Source: Phaeosaccion multiseriatum (Eukaryota > Protista > Ochrophyta, other classes). From it: 64,000 nt of DNA. The notes beneath the pieces are model-generated. The model made no database searches. It worked only from the letters and a program-made list of their open reading frames with translations, and was not told the origin of the DNA. The stretch covers positions 124,001 through 188,000 of the forward strand of contig OZ218955.1 of the NCBI GenBank assembly GCA_965112735.1. Direction: 5' to 3'. Positions 25,657-37,900 of this stretch are shown piece after piece. Each line of letters begins with the position of its first letter. Within the stretch, counting starts at the first letter, position 1. The position numbers were made by a program, and so were the translations under genes.

Positions 25657-26545
25657 TACACCCGCCCCCCTTCCCTCACTACTTCCTTCCATCCGTCCCT
25701 CACTCACCCACCCACTCCCCCCCTCCGTCCCTCCCTCCGTCCCTCCCTCCCTCCGTCCCTCCCTCCGTCCCTTCCACCTCACCCCCTTCCTTGTCCTAAC
25801 CTCAGCTCAAGAAGGCGATGGAAGCACTTGCCCCTTCTCTGAGGGACGTGCAAGGGGGTGTCATGGGCCGCACGGTCACCACCGCTCTCAGCACAGGTCA
25901 GTGCCTCAGTCACGGCCTCAAAACCTCACTACCGCACTGCCTCACTGCAGCACTGCCCCAGTGCCGCACTGCCTCAGTGCCTCAGTGCCGGGGGGGGCGG
26001 GGGGCGGGTCTTCTCTCTCTCACCATCGGGGACGGAGGGACGGAGGGACGGAGGAGCAACTTGCTTAGGACAGGGGAGCAACTTGCTTAGGATAGGGGAG
26101 CAACTTGCTTAGGACAGGGGAGCAACTTGCTTAGGACAGGGGAGCAACTTGCTCAGGTTGACAGAGTGCGTGTTCTTTCTGTAACAGCAGGTTGTGTGTT
26201 GTTTCTCTATGGAGTTGTTGATTTAGTTGCTCGGTAGCTTGTTTTGCCTGTCACTCTCTGTAGCTTAGCTCATGTACTTACTGGCCGAAGAGGAAAGATG
26301 ACAGAAATTCGTTCCACTGACTTACTTGACTGCCTTTCCCTCCCCCAGGTGTGGACGCCGTGCTGGCCCCCGAGTATGCAGCCCTTGGGCAGGGGCCCGT
26401 GGCGGCAGGAAAGGTGCCCCCGGGGGAGGTGGATAGGCTGTACAGACACCTCAACCTGCCGGCAGACCCTGCAGCCCAGGGGGGTGGAGCCCAGGGGGGT
26501 GGTCAGCAGCAGCTCGAAGGTGCGAAGGAGAGCAAGAACGAATGA
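22988..26545 (+). CDS. Divergent aldo/keto-reductase-like protein with a possible mitochondrial presequence, 5 exons
   Basis: SIASVGYGSHW..HNREVTLAITHGCNLIE; REEMVFFSKL; LSPERMQSYLKELRACHGTEIDAIFVE; LMFPVNL; C-terminal GVDAVL. Arg/Ser-rich, acid-poor N-terminus. Catalytic Asp/Tyr positions look degenerate. Confidence 0.65.
24545..24710 (+). repeat. Exonic 12-bp perfect tandem repeat encoding (SSGL)13
   Basis: agcagtggcctt x13 plus a partial copy, inside the predicted exon of about 24446-24898. Confidence 0.9.
26053..26156. repeat. 22-bp intronic tandem repeat (ggagcaacttgcttaggacagg)
   Basis: About 4.7 copies. Confidence 0.9.
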
Positions 26546-27257
26546 CAATGGCAATCGCCCACGACCAATGTCTAGAATGGTGGCAGTAAAACGAAGGAGT
26601 GAAGCAGCGAACAAGTGACATATACACGACTTGAGTGCCTATGGGATGGCAGCAGAGGGGCGAATGTCGTGGCTGTATCATCCACCAAAGAATGCCACAG
26701 CAGCTTGGCTCTTACCGCACACAGAGGCATCTGTTGAAGGGAGCCCTTGCAGCCCGAGGGTGAAGCACACGCTCTTCTCGTGGGGTGTGGAGGAGGAGGT
26801 TCTGTTACTATTAGGCAGCCCGGATGGCACTAGACGGCACCAGATGGCCCTAGAGAGGGTATAGAAAAGGGGGGGGTGGGGCCTTTTAATTAACTGTCAA
26901 CTGTTTAAATATGATGGTATTATTAACTGTGTGAATGGCAATGGCAAGTAGAGATCGACGATAGCGACCTCTGTACCGTACCGTGCTGTACTCATCGGGG
27001 TGGGGGTTACATCTCCCTCCCGCCGGCCCCTCACAGCGAGTGAGGGAGGGAGTGAGTGAGTGAGTAAGTCAGTGAGTGAGTGAGTGAGTGAGTGAGTGAG
27101 TGAATGAATGAGTGAGGCACCCCTCGCCCTCCAATGGAACGCCGTTTGCGCTATCTACTCACTCACTCACTCACTCACTCATTCACCAACGCTCGCTCCC
27201 ATGTAACTGTCTGTCTAACTGTCTAACTGTCTAACTGGCACTGCACACTCCGTGCCC

Positions 27258-30200
27258 TCAGCCGCCCACCCCCCCGGAGTCTCCTTCGGCGCCGCTCAAC
27301 ATGCCCACCCTGGAGGGGCTGCCGGACAGCGTGGGGGGTAAAGTTGGGGTCGAGCCGGGCCCAACCTGGCCCACACTGCCCCCTGCTGCGGGTGAAGGAC
27401 CGAACCCCGCGGTTCCGCTGCCGCCGCCGCTGCCGCTGCTGTTGGCTCCTGGGCCTGCTGTGAGGGGGTGCGGTTGGTGCTTCACTGCACCTTCTGTGAT
27501 ACCGTGGAGGGGGGCAGAGGGAGGGGCGGGGCTCGGGCTACCGGGCACGCTCGAGCCGTTATTGTTGTTGTTGTTGGCGACGACCCCCTGTTGTTGGTGG
27601 TGCTGTTGCTGCTGCTGAGGAGGCGGTGCTGTGGCGTGACCCCTGCCCAAGAGGAGGTCTATACACTGCCGAGACACCACCTCGGCATACTCCATCTTCT
27701 CCACCACCTACAGCAAGCAAGTGCAGAGAGCGGAGTGAGTGAGTGAGCAAGTCATTGAATCGACCAACGCCAGCAGCCAAGAGGGGATGGTAGTGGAAGG
27801 TCATTGAATCGGCCAACGCCAGCAGCCAAGAGGGGATGGTGGTGGAAGGTCATTGAATCGACCAACGCTCTCGAAAGGCTCGTCGGTGTGGAGTCACCAA
27901 AGTAGCGCTACCACTCATTTTCAAAGTAGCGCTACCAAACAAAAGCGTCTCAACCTTCAACTGGGGCGCCTCTCGCTCTTCCCCGAGGACACCCATCCCC
28001 TTCCCTCACCACAGATTGCCATCCCCTTCCCTCACCATAGACTGCCATCCCCTTCCCTCACCACAGATTGCCATCCCCTTCCCTCACCACAGACTGCCAT
28101 CCCCTTCCCTCACTACAGACTGCCATCCCCTTCCCTCACCACAGACTGCCATCCCCTTCCCTCACCACAGACTGCCATCCCCTTTCCTCACCTCGTCGGC
28201 GAGGTCATCGCTGACCCCAAGGTTCTGTTCGTCGAGCAACAGGCGCCGAGTGTCCGCAAACATGCCGAAGCAGCGGCTGAGGCGCGCCACGGCCTGCTGC
28301 ACGGGTGGCAGTGCCAGCACCGGCAACATGCCCCCCTCCCCAACGACGCCTCCATCACCCTCTCCTTGGCGCACATGGCCTGCATGCTGCTGCAATTGCC
28401 TGGCTCTCTGGCTGTGAATGGCCTTTCTGTGCGCCTCCGTGACGGGAAGGCGAGACAGGCCCCACACACGGGACGGACGCGTGGGCAGCACTTGTTCCAG
28501 CCGATGCCGGTCCAAGGAACATGCTTCATCCCCGGGGGCGGGGGCGGTAACATTCCCTGGGGTCCCTTCCCCGGGGTTGGGGCGTTTGCCGCCCGCCTTC
28601 GGAGTGGCCAGCAGACGCATCACCGCACTGCAGCGCGGCTTGAAGCTCCTTCTGTGCCCCCCTGCCCCTCCTGTGCCCCCCTCCGCGGATGCTCCCCCAT
28701 GGCGCACAGGTCCGTGACTTTGACTATAGCGCACAGGTCCGTGACTTTGACTGTGCTCCGGCGGCGGCCTGTGCCCGTCATGCCCTGCGCCCTTCGCCCA
28801 CAGGGAGGCCCCCGTGCCCCCCGGGGTCTTTTTGTGTGTGTTGTGCGCCCCCCCCTGAGGGCCGTACATGGACTGTTTCCTCAGGACAGGGCGGCGACTT
28901 GTGTCCCCTCCTCCTCCTCCTCCTCCTCCTCCTCCTCCTCCTCCTCCTCCCTGCCTCCGACCGTCGTACCCCCACAAGCCGCTGCTGCTGCTTCGGTTCG
29001 TCAATGTGCCCCCCCCCGCCTTGCCATTGCCGCCTTCCGTCGACGTGTAGGGCTGCGGCTTCCTCCTCCCCGCGCCTCCAATGCCCATATCGCTAGCTCC
29101 CCTGCCCCTGCCTGGCGCAAAGGGATCTCGCCCCAAGTGTCTCCCCTTGGAATGGCCGCCCCCGTCATCGCCCCCGTCATCGCCCCCGTCATCGCCTTTC
29201 CCTGCCACGGGCGATGAAGCCTGCTGCTGCTGCTGACTCGGTGGGTCTGCTCTGACGGCTCCGGTCATGCCCCTCTGGAGCACCCTCGGTTTGAGTTTGG
29301 CCTTGCGTTGGTAAGCACTCTCCTCGGCTTGATGCTCGAGGGTGATGCGTGGCTTCGCTTCGTGGCGCAGTTTCTTTGGGGGGGTGGAGGGAGGGGAAGA
29401 GGGTCGCTGGGGGGGTGAGGAGTCTCGCGTGTAGACGACGCATATACGCATACGCACACGCGCGCACACACACATTCACACACACGCACACACACGCATA
29501 TACACACACAAACGCACCCTTACGGCGTCGATGTTGCTTGTCTGTGAGGTGAGCACTCCCCTCCTGGCGGCGTCTCTCCTCCTGAAGGACCACCATGTCT
29601 TGGGGAGGGCGAAGATGTCGAGCCCAGGGTCCACGCCCACCTACACAAGGAAAGGCGTGGCCGCGGATGGCGATGGATGGCAATGGATGGCAATGGATGG
29701 CAGCGGATGGCAGTGGGTGGCGTTGGAGGGGTAAGGTGATGCTTCGGCACGTGAAGAGGAGAACATTCGACATAGGGCCCCCCTCGTCACTGACTTACTG
29801 ACCTGCTCCATAGTAGTGTTGTCCAGCGGCAGCTCCACCCCCCTGTATATGAACACGGTGCTGCTGAAGCGCAGGTGCAAGCGCAAACTCACGCGCTCCA
29901 GCACGGGGCCGAGCGGCGCCTGAGCAGGGCAGTAAGTCAGTGGGGTCAGCAAGTCAGTGGGGGAGGGGTGATGTGGTGAATGCTAATTCGTGTATAAATC
30001 CCATTCGATTGTTAGAGCGGCCTCTGACACCTGACACCTAGTACCTCTGACACCTGACACCTGACACCTGACACATCGTAGCGCTAGAGTAGCGAGTGAA
30101 GTCATGGGTGTCAGGCGCCTCCGGTGGTGTCCATCAGTCAATCCGTCAATCAGTCAGTCAGTCAATCAATCAATCAGTCAGTCAGTCAATCAGTCAGTCA

Positions 30201-33200
30201 ATCAATCAGTCAATCAGTCAGTCAATCAGTCAGTCAATCAATCAGTCAATCAGTCAATCAGTCAACCAGTCAATCAATCAATCAATCAGTCAATCAATCA
30301 ATCAGTCAATCAGTCAAGCTCTCATCCCCTCGCTCGTCCACCCTCCACCGACCTTGAGCGGAATGACGAAGAGTTTGGCTGCCAGTGTGGTGGCTCCGTC
30401 CTGATTCCTCACGTAGATCTCCGCCGTGGGGCCGTGGTCCCCGGGGGGCAGCACCGCACGGGGGTTGACTCCTCCATTGCCCATCACCTCTCCGGTGTCG
30501 AGGATGTTGTCGGAGAAGTCCAGCACAGCTGCGGCAGTTGGTGATACGGCAGCAGAGCAGAGGTATATGGGCACAGAGGAGGAGAGAAGAGAAGAGAAGA
30601 GGAGAGAGGGAGAGCCGGGCAGAGGTGTCAGGTTCGAATAAGGTTCGCTACCAGGGGGATATCTTGGAAGATGTTGCGTACCTTCCTTCCTTCCTTCCTC
30701 CCTCCCTCCCTCCCTCCCTCCCTCCCTCCCTCCCTCCCTCCCTCCCTCCCTCCCTCCCTCCCTCCCTCCCTCCCTCCCTCCCTCCCTCCCTCCCTCCCTC
30801 CCTCCCTCCCTCCCTCCCTCCCTCCCTCCCTCCCTCCCTCCCTCCCTCCCTCCCTCCCTCCCTCCCTCCCTCCCTCCCTCCCTCCCTCCCTCCCTCCCTC
30901 CCTCCCTCCCTCCCTCCCTCCCTCCCTCCCTCCCTCCCTCCCTCCCTCCCTCCCTCCCTCCCTTCCTTCCTCCCTCCCTCCCTCCCTCCCTCCCTCTCTC
31001 CCTCTCTCCCTCCCTTCCCTGCTTGCTTACCATCGGCCAGATCTGGGGGCAGATACTCGTCGAGCTCATCCCGGACGTCTTCCGCGGTCGCCCGAGTGGG
31101 CCCACTGGGGGCGGCGGCAGGCGCCCCCCCCTCGGGCTGCTCCGGCTGCTGCTGGGCGGTGGCGGTGGCGGCTGCTGTTCGCTGGGCAGGACCGAGTCTG
31201 GCATCCAATCGCAGACAGATCTGCAGCACCCAGGGGTGGGGAGCGGGTGAAGGGAGTCAGGCACACAACACAACCACAACCGAGTGCCCTCTTGCTGCCA
31301 TCTGTTGCCATCTGTTGCGATCTCAGGCCATCTGAACTCAGGAGTGAAATGCTCACTATTTGACCCGCCTTCTCCTCCTCCATGCGCAGCTTCCGTCCCC
31401 TCCCTTGCTTGCTTCCCCCCTCCCCTTCTCCCTCCCTCCCTCCTCCTCTCCCCCTCCCTCCCTCCCTCCCTCCGTCCGTCCGTCTCTCGCTCCCTCCCTT
31501 CCTACCTGCTTAAGCAGAGACCTGGACAGCGCCTCGAGAAAGGCCGGCGCCTCATGAGAGAGAATGAACACGGGGTGTAGCGCCGATGCCAAGCGGCTCA
31601 GCTGAGCGATGGTCGTCACGCGGCCGAGTTGCTGTATCACCAACTGTTGCTGCTGCTGCTGCTGTGGGTGCGAGTGCGGGTGGGGGCTGTTGTGGTGCTG
31701 CTGCGGGCTGTTCTCCAGCACGCCCCCCCGGGAGAAGAGCCCCGCCAAATACTCCGTGAGGCGATGATAGGCATCGTACTGTGCCAGCTCCGCCTGGAAA
31801 GGAGGGGCAGTTACAGTTTCAGTTTCAGTTGAAGGGGTATTGTTAGTTTGCCGCCTTCGAAGAGACACCAAATAGGAGGACAGGCAGCGCCGCTCCACCA
31901 CTCGCGCATGGAGGGGCCACAAGCGGGAGGCATATGGGCCGCCATCGGTAGGCATACGGCCACAAACGGTAGGCACATGGGCCCCTCCAAGTGGGGACTC
32001 CTTCGTGTACGATTAGTGCTGGATGCTAATCACCAACTGCCTGTACGACTGCTCTGTGATCCTGCATCACCAACTGCTTGTACAAATGCTGCTGTGAGCC
32101 TGTATCACCAACTGCTTGTACAAATGCTGCTGTGATACTGTATCACCAACTGCCCGCTTACCTTGTTGTGAATGGGCAGGGCCATTCCCTTGAAGGTGGC
32201 CTCGTCTTGACGACTGAGGAAGTACGACAGCGTCACCTGAGGAGAGAGAGGAGCGAGAGGAAGAGAGAGGGAAGAGAAAGGAGAGAGAGGAGAGAGAGGA
32301 GAGAGGGAAGAGAGAGAGAGGACAGAGGGGAGAGAGGGGAGAGGAGGGAAGACAGCGGGAAGAGAGGACAGAGAGAGGGCAATGAGAGGTAAGAGAGGGA
32401 AGAGAGAGAGAAGAGAGAGAGCAGAGAGGGACGAGAGAGGGACGAGGGAGAGTAGAGGAAGACAGAGTGGGCAGAGAGAGCACAGAGGGGAGCCACGCAC
32501 GCACCCACGCCATTGCTTACGGACCTGCATGTCGAAGCTGGTGTTGAACACATGCCACAAGTGGGCATTGGTGCGGATGGCGTACTGCATATACTTGGGC
32601 CCCACCTTCTCCTCGGGCTTCTTCACCTTCCAACGCTGGGTATCGCAGGCGCTGTCTATCCCCTTGGCGACTACCTCCCTCAGCACGTATTCGAGTGCCG
32701 ATGCCAGCACCACCGCGCCCTCCTCGCCGACCATCACGCCCATTTCCTCGTGAGTGATCACACGGACCTCTTCTGCCGACAGGTGCAGACGCTCACGCGC
32801 CCACGCCAAGCAGCCTGGAGAGGCCAAGGGTCGAGGGGCGTCCTCCCCTCCCCCCGCCCCTCCCTGCTGCTGCATCATCAATTGGTGCTGCTCCTGCTGC
32901 TGCGTCAGCTCGGGCGGCTGCCTGGGCTGCATGTAGGCCCCGTCCTGCATGATGTTGGCCAAGCTCGAGTTTTGCATCAACACTAGAGCATGGGCCTTGT
33001 GACCTTCCCTACTTGCCTTGCTGCCCTTCTCGCCACCATCTCTACCGCCGCTTCCCTTGCGCTCCCGCTGCCCCCCGTCCGCGTGTTGCCGTACCACCGA
33101 TTGCTGCGCGTGCCGCTGCTCCGGCTCTGACTCTTCTCTATTCTGCTTCAAGATTTGATCCAAGTTCAGCCTCACTCCGTCCCCCCCATTTCCCCCTTCC

Positions 33201-34438
33201 TCGTCCCCCGGCTGCCGCGTCTGCGCGTGTGGCAGCAGTTGGTGCTGTTGGTGCTGTTGGTGCTGTTGGTGCTGTTGGTGCTGTTGGTGCTGTTGGTGCT
33301 GATGCTCCTGGTGCAGCTGGTGTTGTCGTTGTTGTGGCTGGTGCTGGTGCTGTGGCTGTGGTTGTGGTTGTGGTTGTGGCTGCAGTTGGTATTGTTGAGC
33401 CTGCTGGTACTGTGGATGTTGTTGTTGGTGCTGTTGATGATGCTCTAAGGGGGGGGGGTGCTGATTATGCGGACTATTCTGGTGCTGCTGGTGCTGCTGT
33501 TGTTGTTGTTGTTGTGGTTGTTGTTGATATTGTGGCTGTTGCTGCGGCTCCTGCTGCTGCTGTATCACCAACTGCTGCTCCTGCTGCTGCTGCTGCGGGT
33601 CGTGTGGCCCTTGCCCGGGGCCATGCGCCTGGGTAGTGCTACCCTCCCCCCCGTTGTCTTGCCGTAGCCCCAACAGCTGGCTGCTGCGGTGCCCACTCAC
33701 CTGCTCCGGCGGCAGCAGCAGCTGCTGCTGCTGCTGATAGTCGGAGCCGAGCCCGAGAGGGTGCAGAGGCTCCTCTCGCACCTCCTGAGACCGAAGACTG
33801 GACAACGTCCCGAAGGGGCCCGGTGATGCCCCCCCGCGGGGAGAGGAGGAGGAGGTGGAGGCGGAGGAGACTGAGCGGCTGGATAGAGCGCCTGGTGGCT
33901 GCCCTGCTCTGTGCCTTGCCCCATCCTCTTCTTCCTCGCGGTGGGTCGGTGGACTCTCATCGTGGATCACCTCTGAAGCGGTCGTGCTCTCCTTTCGCGG
34001 ATCATGATGCCGTGGGTGCTGCTGCTGCTGTGCGTGCCCAACCCTCTTCAGAAAGTCGTCCTCTTCAATGTTGCCTTGCAAAGGTGGGGAGGGGTGATGG
34101 TGATGGTGGTCGTGCTCGTGGTCTGAGTCATCCGAGTAGTGCTCGTGCTCGTGGTTGCCATCATCGTCATCATCATCATCATCATCGTCATCACCATCAT
34201 CGTGATGTGTATGGCCATGCTCCTCCTCCTGCTGCTCCTGGTACTGGTGCCTTGCGCCATGCTGCTCGGCAAAGCCAGGGTCGGCATGATCTTCCCCGCG
34301 CGGGGTCTCCGTCAAGCCAAAGAACCTCTGTCCGCCTTCATCTCCCAGCAGGGCCTGAGGCAGAGAGAGTGGAGGGCCAGCAGCAGGCCCAGCTTGCTGT
34401 TGGTGCTGGCGCTGCTGTTGGTGCTGCTGCCCCTGCAT
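27258..34438 (-). CDS. Q/H-rich protein with H2A-like and H2B-like histone folds and a SUMO/ubiquitin-like domain, 9 predicted exons
   Basis: Approximate exons 34438-32525, 32237-32162, 31793-31507, 31220-31031, 30528-30353, 29919-29804, 29641-29518, 29406-28192 and 27707-27258 join in frame. Motifs: VGEEGAVVLASALEYVLREV..VGPKYMQYAIRTN; ASALHPVFILSHEAPAFLEALSRSLLKQIC..TAEDVRDELDEYLPPDLA; IYVRNQDG..APLGPVLERV..FIYRGVELP..TMEQVGVDPGLDIFA. Confidence 0.75.
27993..28190. repeat. 26-bp intronic tandem repeat (catccccttccctcaccacagactgc)
   Basis: About 7.5 copies abutting the donor site at 28191. Confidence 0.9.
30698..31017. repeat. (CCCT)n microsatellite, intronic
   Basis: About 75-80 units. 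Confidence 0.95.
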
Positions 34439-34971
34439 TGTATGCTCTAGGACCCCAGTGCTTCCTCATCTCCGGCCCGCGGACCCATTCCCGCCGCAGA
34501 TATACCCACCACTCCACTCTGCGGACCGTGGGTTAAGAAGATGACGACGATGCTTCGAAGGTGGAAGGTGCCTGTGTGTTGATCTCAACGTGACGTGATG
34601 CCCGCTCACTGGCATGTCATTTCTATCGCTCGTGTCACGTCTGTATAAGTGCTGCTTCTGTAGAGAGGACAGTGATGGGCAGGCTGCTGCAATGGGCAGG
34701 CTGCTGCGCCACACCCCCTCACTCCTAGTGTTGCTTGGGGGGGCTTCTGTAACTATATTTTTCTCGAGGTGGTCGATTTTTTTCCTTTTGAAACTGGGTC
34801 ACCTTCGATCCGATTCCCCCTTCTCCATCCCCTTCCACACCCCCTTGTTGGCCCAGAGGTCAGTACGTGAGGCAAGACAGCCACAGCACGACGGACCTTT
34901 CCCTGTTAACTCAAGGATGAGCGGCGTTGCGACGAAGCTGCTTTGAGGCGAGCAAGCGGTGCCCTCTGAAG

Positions 34972-37900
34972 ATGAGCAACAAGCCGCTAGAGTCTCTGGA
35001 CCCTCTGAGTCTTTTTGCGCTGCAAGAAGAGGGCGCTGAAGGAGGAGGGGGGGCTGACAGCTCAACAGATACGACGGACGCACCAGTGTCCGCCACAGCT
35101 GGCGCTGCTGCAGCAGGTAGAGCTTTGGCAGCGGAATCTTCTTCCGAGGGGCGTGGAAGGGAAGGGGACGAGAACCCCTTCGCCCAAGCCCCCGCGAGGC
35201 ATGCAACGTCGGGCAACTCTGCGCAAGGGAGCCTCGATCTGCCAAGGCAGCAGCACCAGCAGCAGTCGGTGATACAGCAGCAGCAGCAGCAGCAGCAGCA
35301 GCGGCATGGTTCCCCCCAGGCTCCACCTCTGCACCAGAGACTGCGACCGAGAGCGCAACAGCCGTCCGAGGCCCACCGGCGCCCCCCCCAACAGGTGCAG
35401 CCGCGCCACGAGGACTATCCAGGACGATATGCCGTGTCTAGTCAGCAGCAGCAGCAGCAGCAGAATGGTCAACCGCAACACCGAGGCCACAGTCAGCCCC
35501 TGCCCATCCACCACCAGCCGCAGTGGCGCTACCAGCAGCAGCAGCAGCGACAGCAGCAGGAGCACCACCAGCGGCAGCAGCAGCACCTTTTCCAGACGCC
35601 CGCAGCCCATCGAGCGGCCAATCGAGGCTCCACCAGAGGCGGGGGCGGGGGCGGGGGCGGGCGAGGAGGCGGGCTGCTGCACGGCATGACGAAGCTGCGC
35701 GACCAAGGCATGGCGCTGCTCAAGGAAACGCTCGACAAGAGTACCACAGGCCTGGACTACGCCTCGGGATACGCCTTCGGTGCGGGTGACGGGGGGAGGG
35801 GCGGGAGGGAGAGAGGAGGGGAGGACGTCGCGTGGCTGACAAACTCTATGTCTCTCTGTCTGTCTTGCGATGCACTCGGCCATTAACTAGCTGACTTTGT
35901 GCATCTGTGATGCTCTTTGTACTCGCGCTTGGGCGTGTTTGGGCGTGTGGTCTCTTGAGGTGGAAACTTTGGTGGGTTATAGAGCAGGCAATCTGCAATC
36001 TCATTTCTCTCCCTCGCTCACTCGATCATGGCCACTCCTTTGCGCGAATGGTTCACAGATGGCTCGGAGATGGATGTGCCCAGCCTCAGCAGCGGGGGGG
36101 GAGACTCTCCAACTAGGAGTATGGGAGGTAGGAGCAGCAGCCACAGCAGTAGCAGTAGCAATGGCAGCGACTCTACGCGCCCCCTCGGGGAAGTCAGCAG
36201 AGGGAGAGCAGCAGGCCCCCGGGGCAGGCAGGAGAGCTTCGGACCTTCGGATCGCCTCACAGGAGAGCAAGTGGTGATGAACCTCCGCAACGCCTATCTA
36301 CAGGTCAGTCAGCGCTTGCTCTACTTGGGCCCCCTAAGTGGCCCAATTTGTTGGCAGCTAGGGCCCAATTTGTTGGTAGCTCGATGAAAAAGAGAAGGGG
36401 AAATGGCTTGGCCCTCGCCTATCCGTCCGTCCTCCTGCGGTGCATGCACAATAGTTGTCAGTTCCAGCTTTCCCCATTCCCGCATGGCCTACCTACTCAC
36501 CCTCACTCACACACACACACACACTCACACTCACACGCACACACTCTCTCAAGTTCGCTCTTTCGCCCCACGGTTGTCCCACCTCCCCTCCCTCCTTTTG
36601 CCCGTATGCCCTATACCCATATACCCTATGCCCATATGCCCTATACCCATATGCCCTATACCCATATGCCCTATACCCATATGCCCTATACCCATATGCC
36701 CATATGCCCTATACCCGTATGCCCTATACCCATATGCCCTATGCCCATATGCCCTGTACCCATATGCCCTATGCCCATATGCCCTATACCCATATGCCCT
36801 ATGCCCATATACCCATATACCCTATGCCCATATGCCCTATACCCATATGCCCTTTACCCATATGCCCTTTACCCATATGCCCTATACCCATATACCCTAT
36901 ACCCACATGCCCTTTACCCATATGCCCTTTACCCATATGCCCTATACCCATATGCCCTATACCCATATGCCCATATGCCCATATGCCCTTTACCCATATG
37001 CCCTATACCCATATGCCCTATACCCATATGCCCTATCCCCACATGCCCTATACCCATGTACCCTATACCCATATGCCCTATACCCATATGCCCTATACCC
37101 ACATGCCCTATACCCATATGCCCTATACCCACGTGCCCTATACCCACATGCCCTCCGTGTGCCCCCTCCTCCCCTGTGTGGACTGTATGTATTCCCTGTC
37201 GACAGGCCCCGAGTGGACACAAGATCGTGGGGGAGTTGGTCATGACGACTTACCAGATCGTCTTCGTCCCGAGGACAGACCGCGGCAGGAGGTGAGGTGA
37301 ACAGGAAGCAAGGGGAGGATGGGTATGAGGAGGAGGAGGAGGAGGAGGAGGAGGAGGAGGAGGAGGAGGAGGAGGAGGAGGAGGAGGAGGTGGTGGTGAG
37401 GTAAAGGGTGAGGGGAGGGGAGGAGGGGGGCGAGGGTTGGGCTGAGGGAGACTCGTGAGAGTCGTGCTTTGGTTCCTTCCTTCCTTCCTTCCTTCCAGCA
37501 TATGCAGCAGCAAAGTCACACCTCACACTTGCCTTCCTTCCCCCCTTCCTTCCTGCCTTCCTTCCTTTCTTCCTTCCCCCCTTCCTTCCTGCCTTCCTTC
37601 CTTTCTTCCTTCTTTCCTTCCTTCCTTCCTTCCTTCCTTCCTTCCTTCCTTCCTTCCTTCCTGCCTACCTACCTTCCTTCCTTTTTTCCTTCCTTCCTTC
37701 CTGCCTTCCTGCCTTCCTTTCTCCATTCCTTCCTTCCTTCCTTCCTTCCTTCCTCCATTCCTTCCTTCCTTCCGTCCTTCCTTTCTGTCTACCTTCCTTC
37801 TTTCCTTCCTTCCTTCCTCCATCCCCCCCTTCCTTCCTTCCTTCCTTCCTCCTTGCCCCCCCCCTTACCAACCACGAACGACGACAAATTCTGTATGTAT

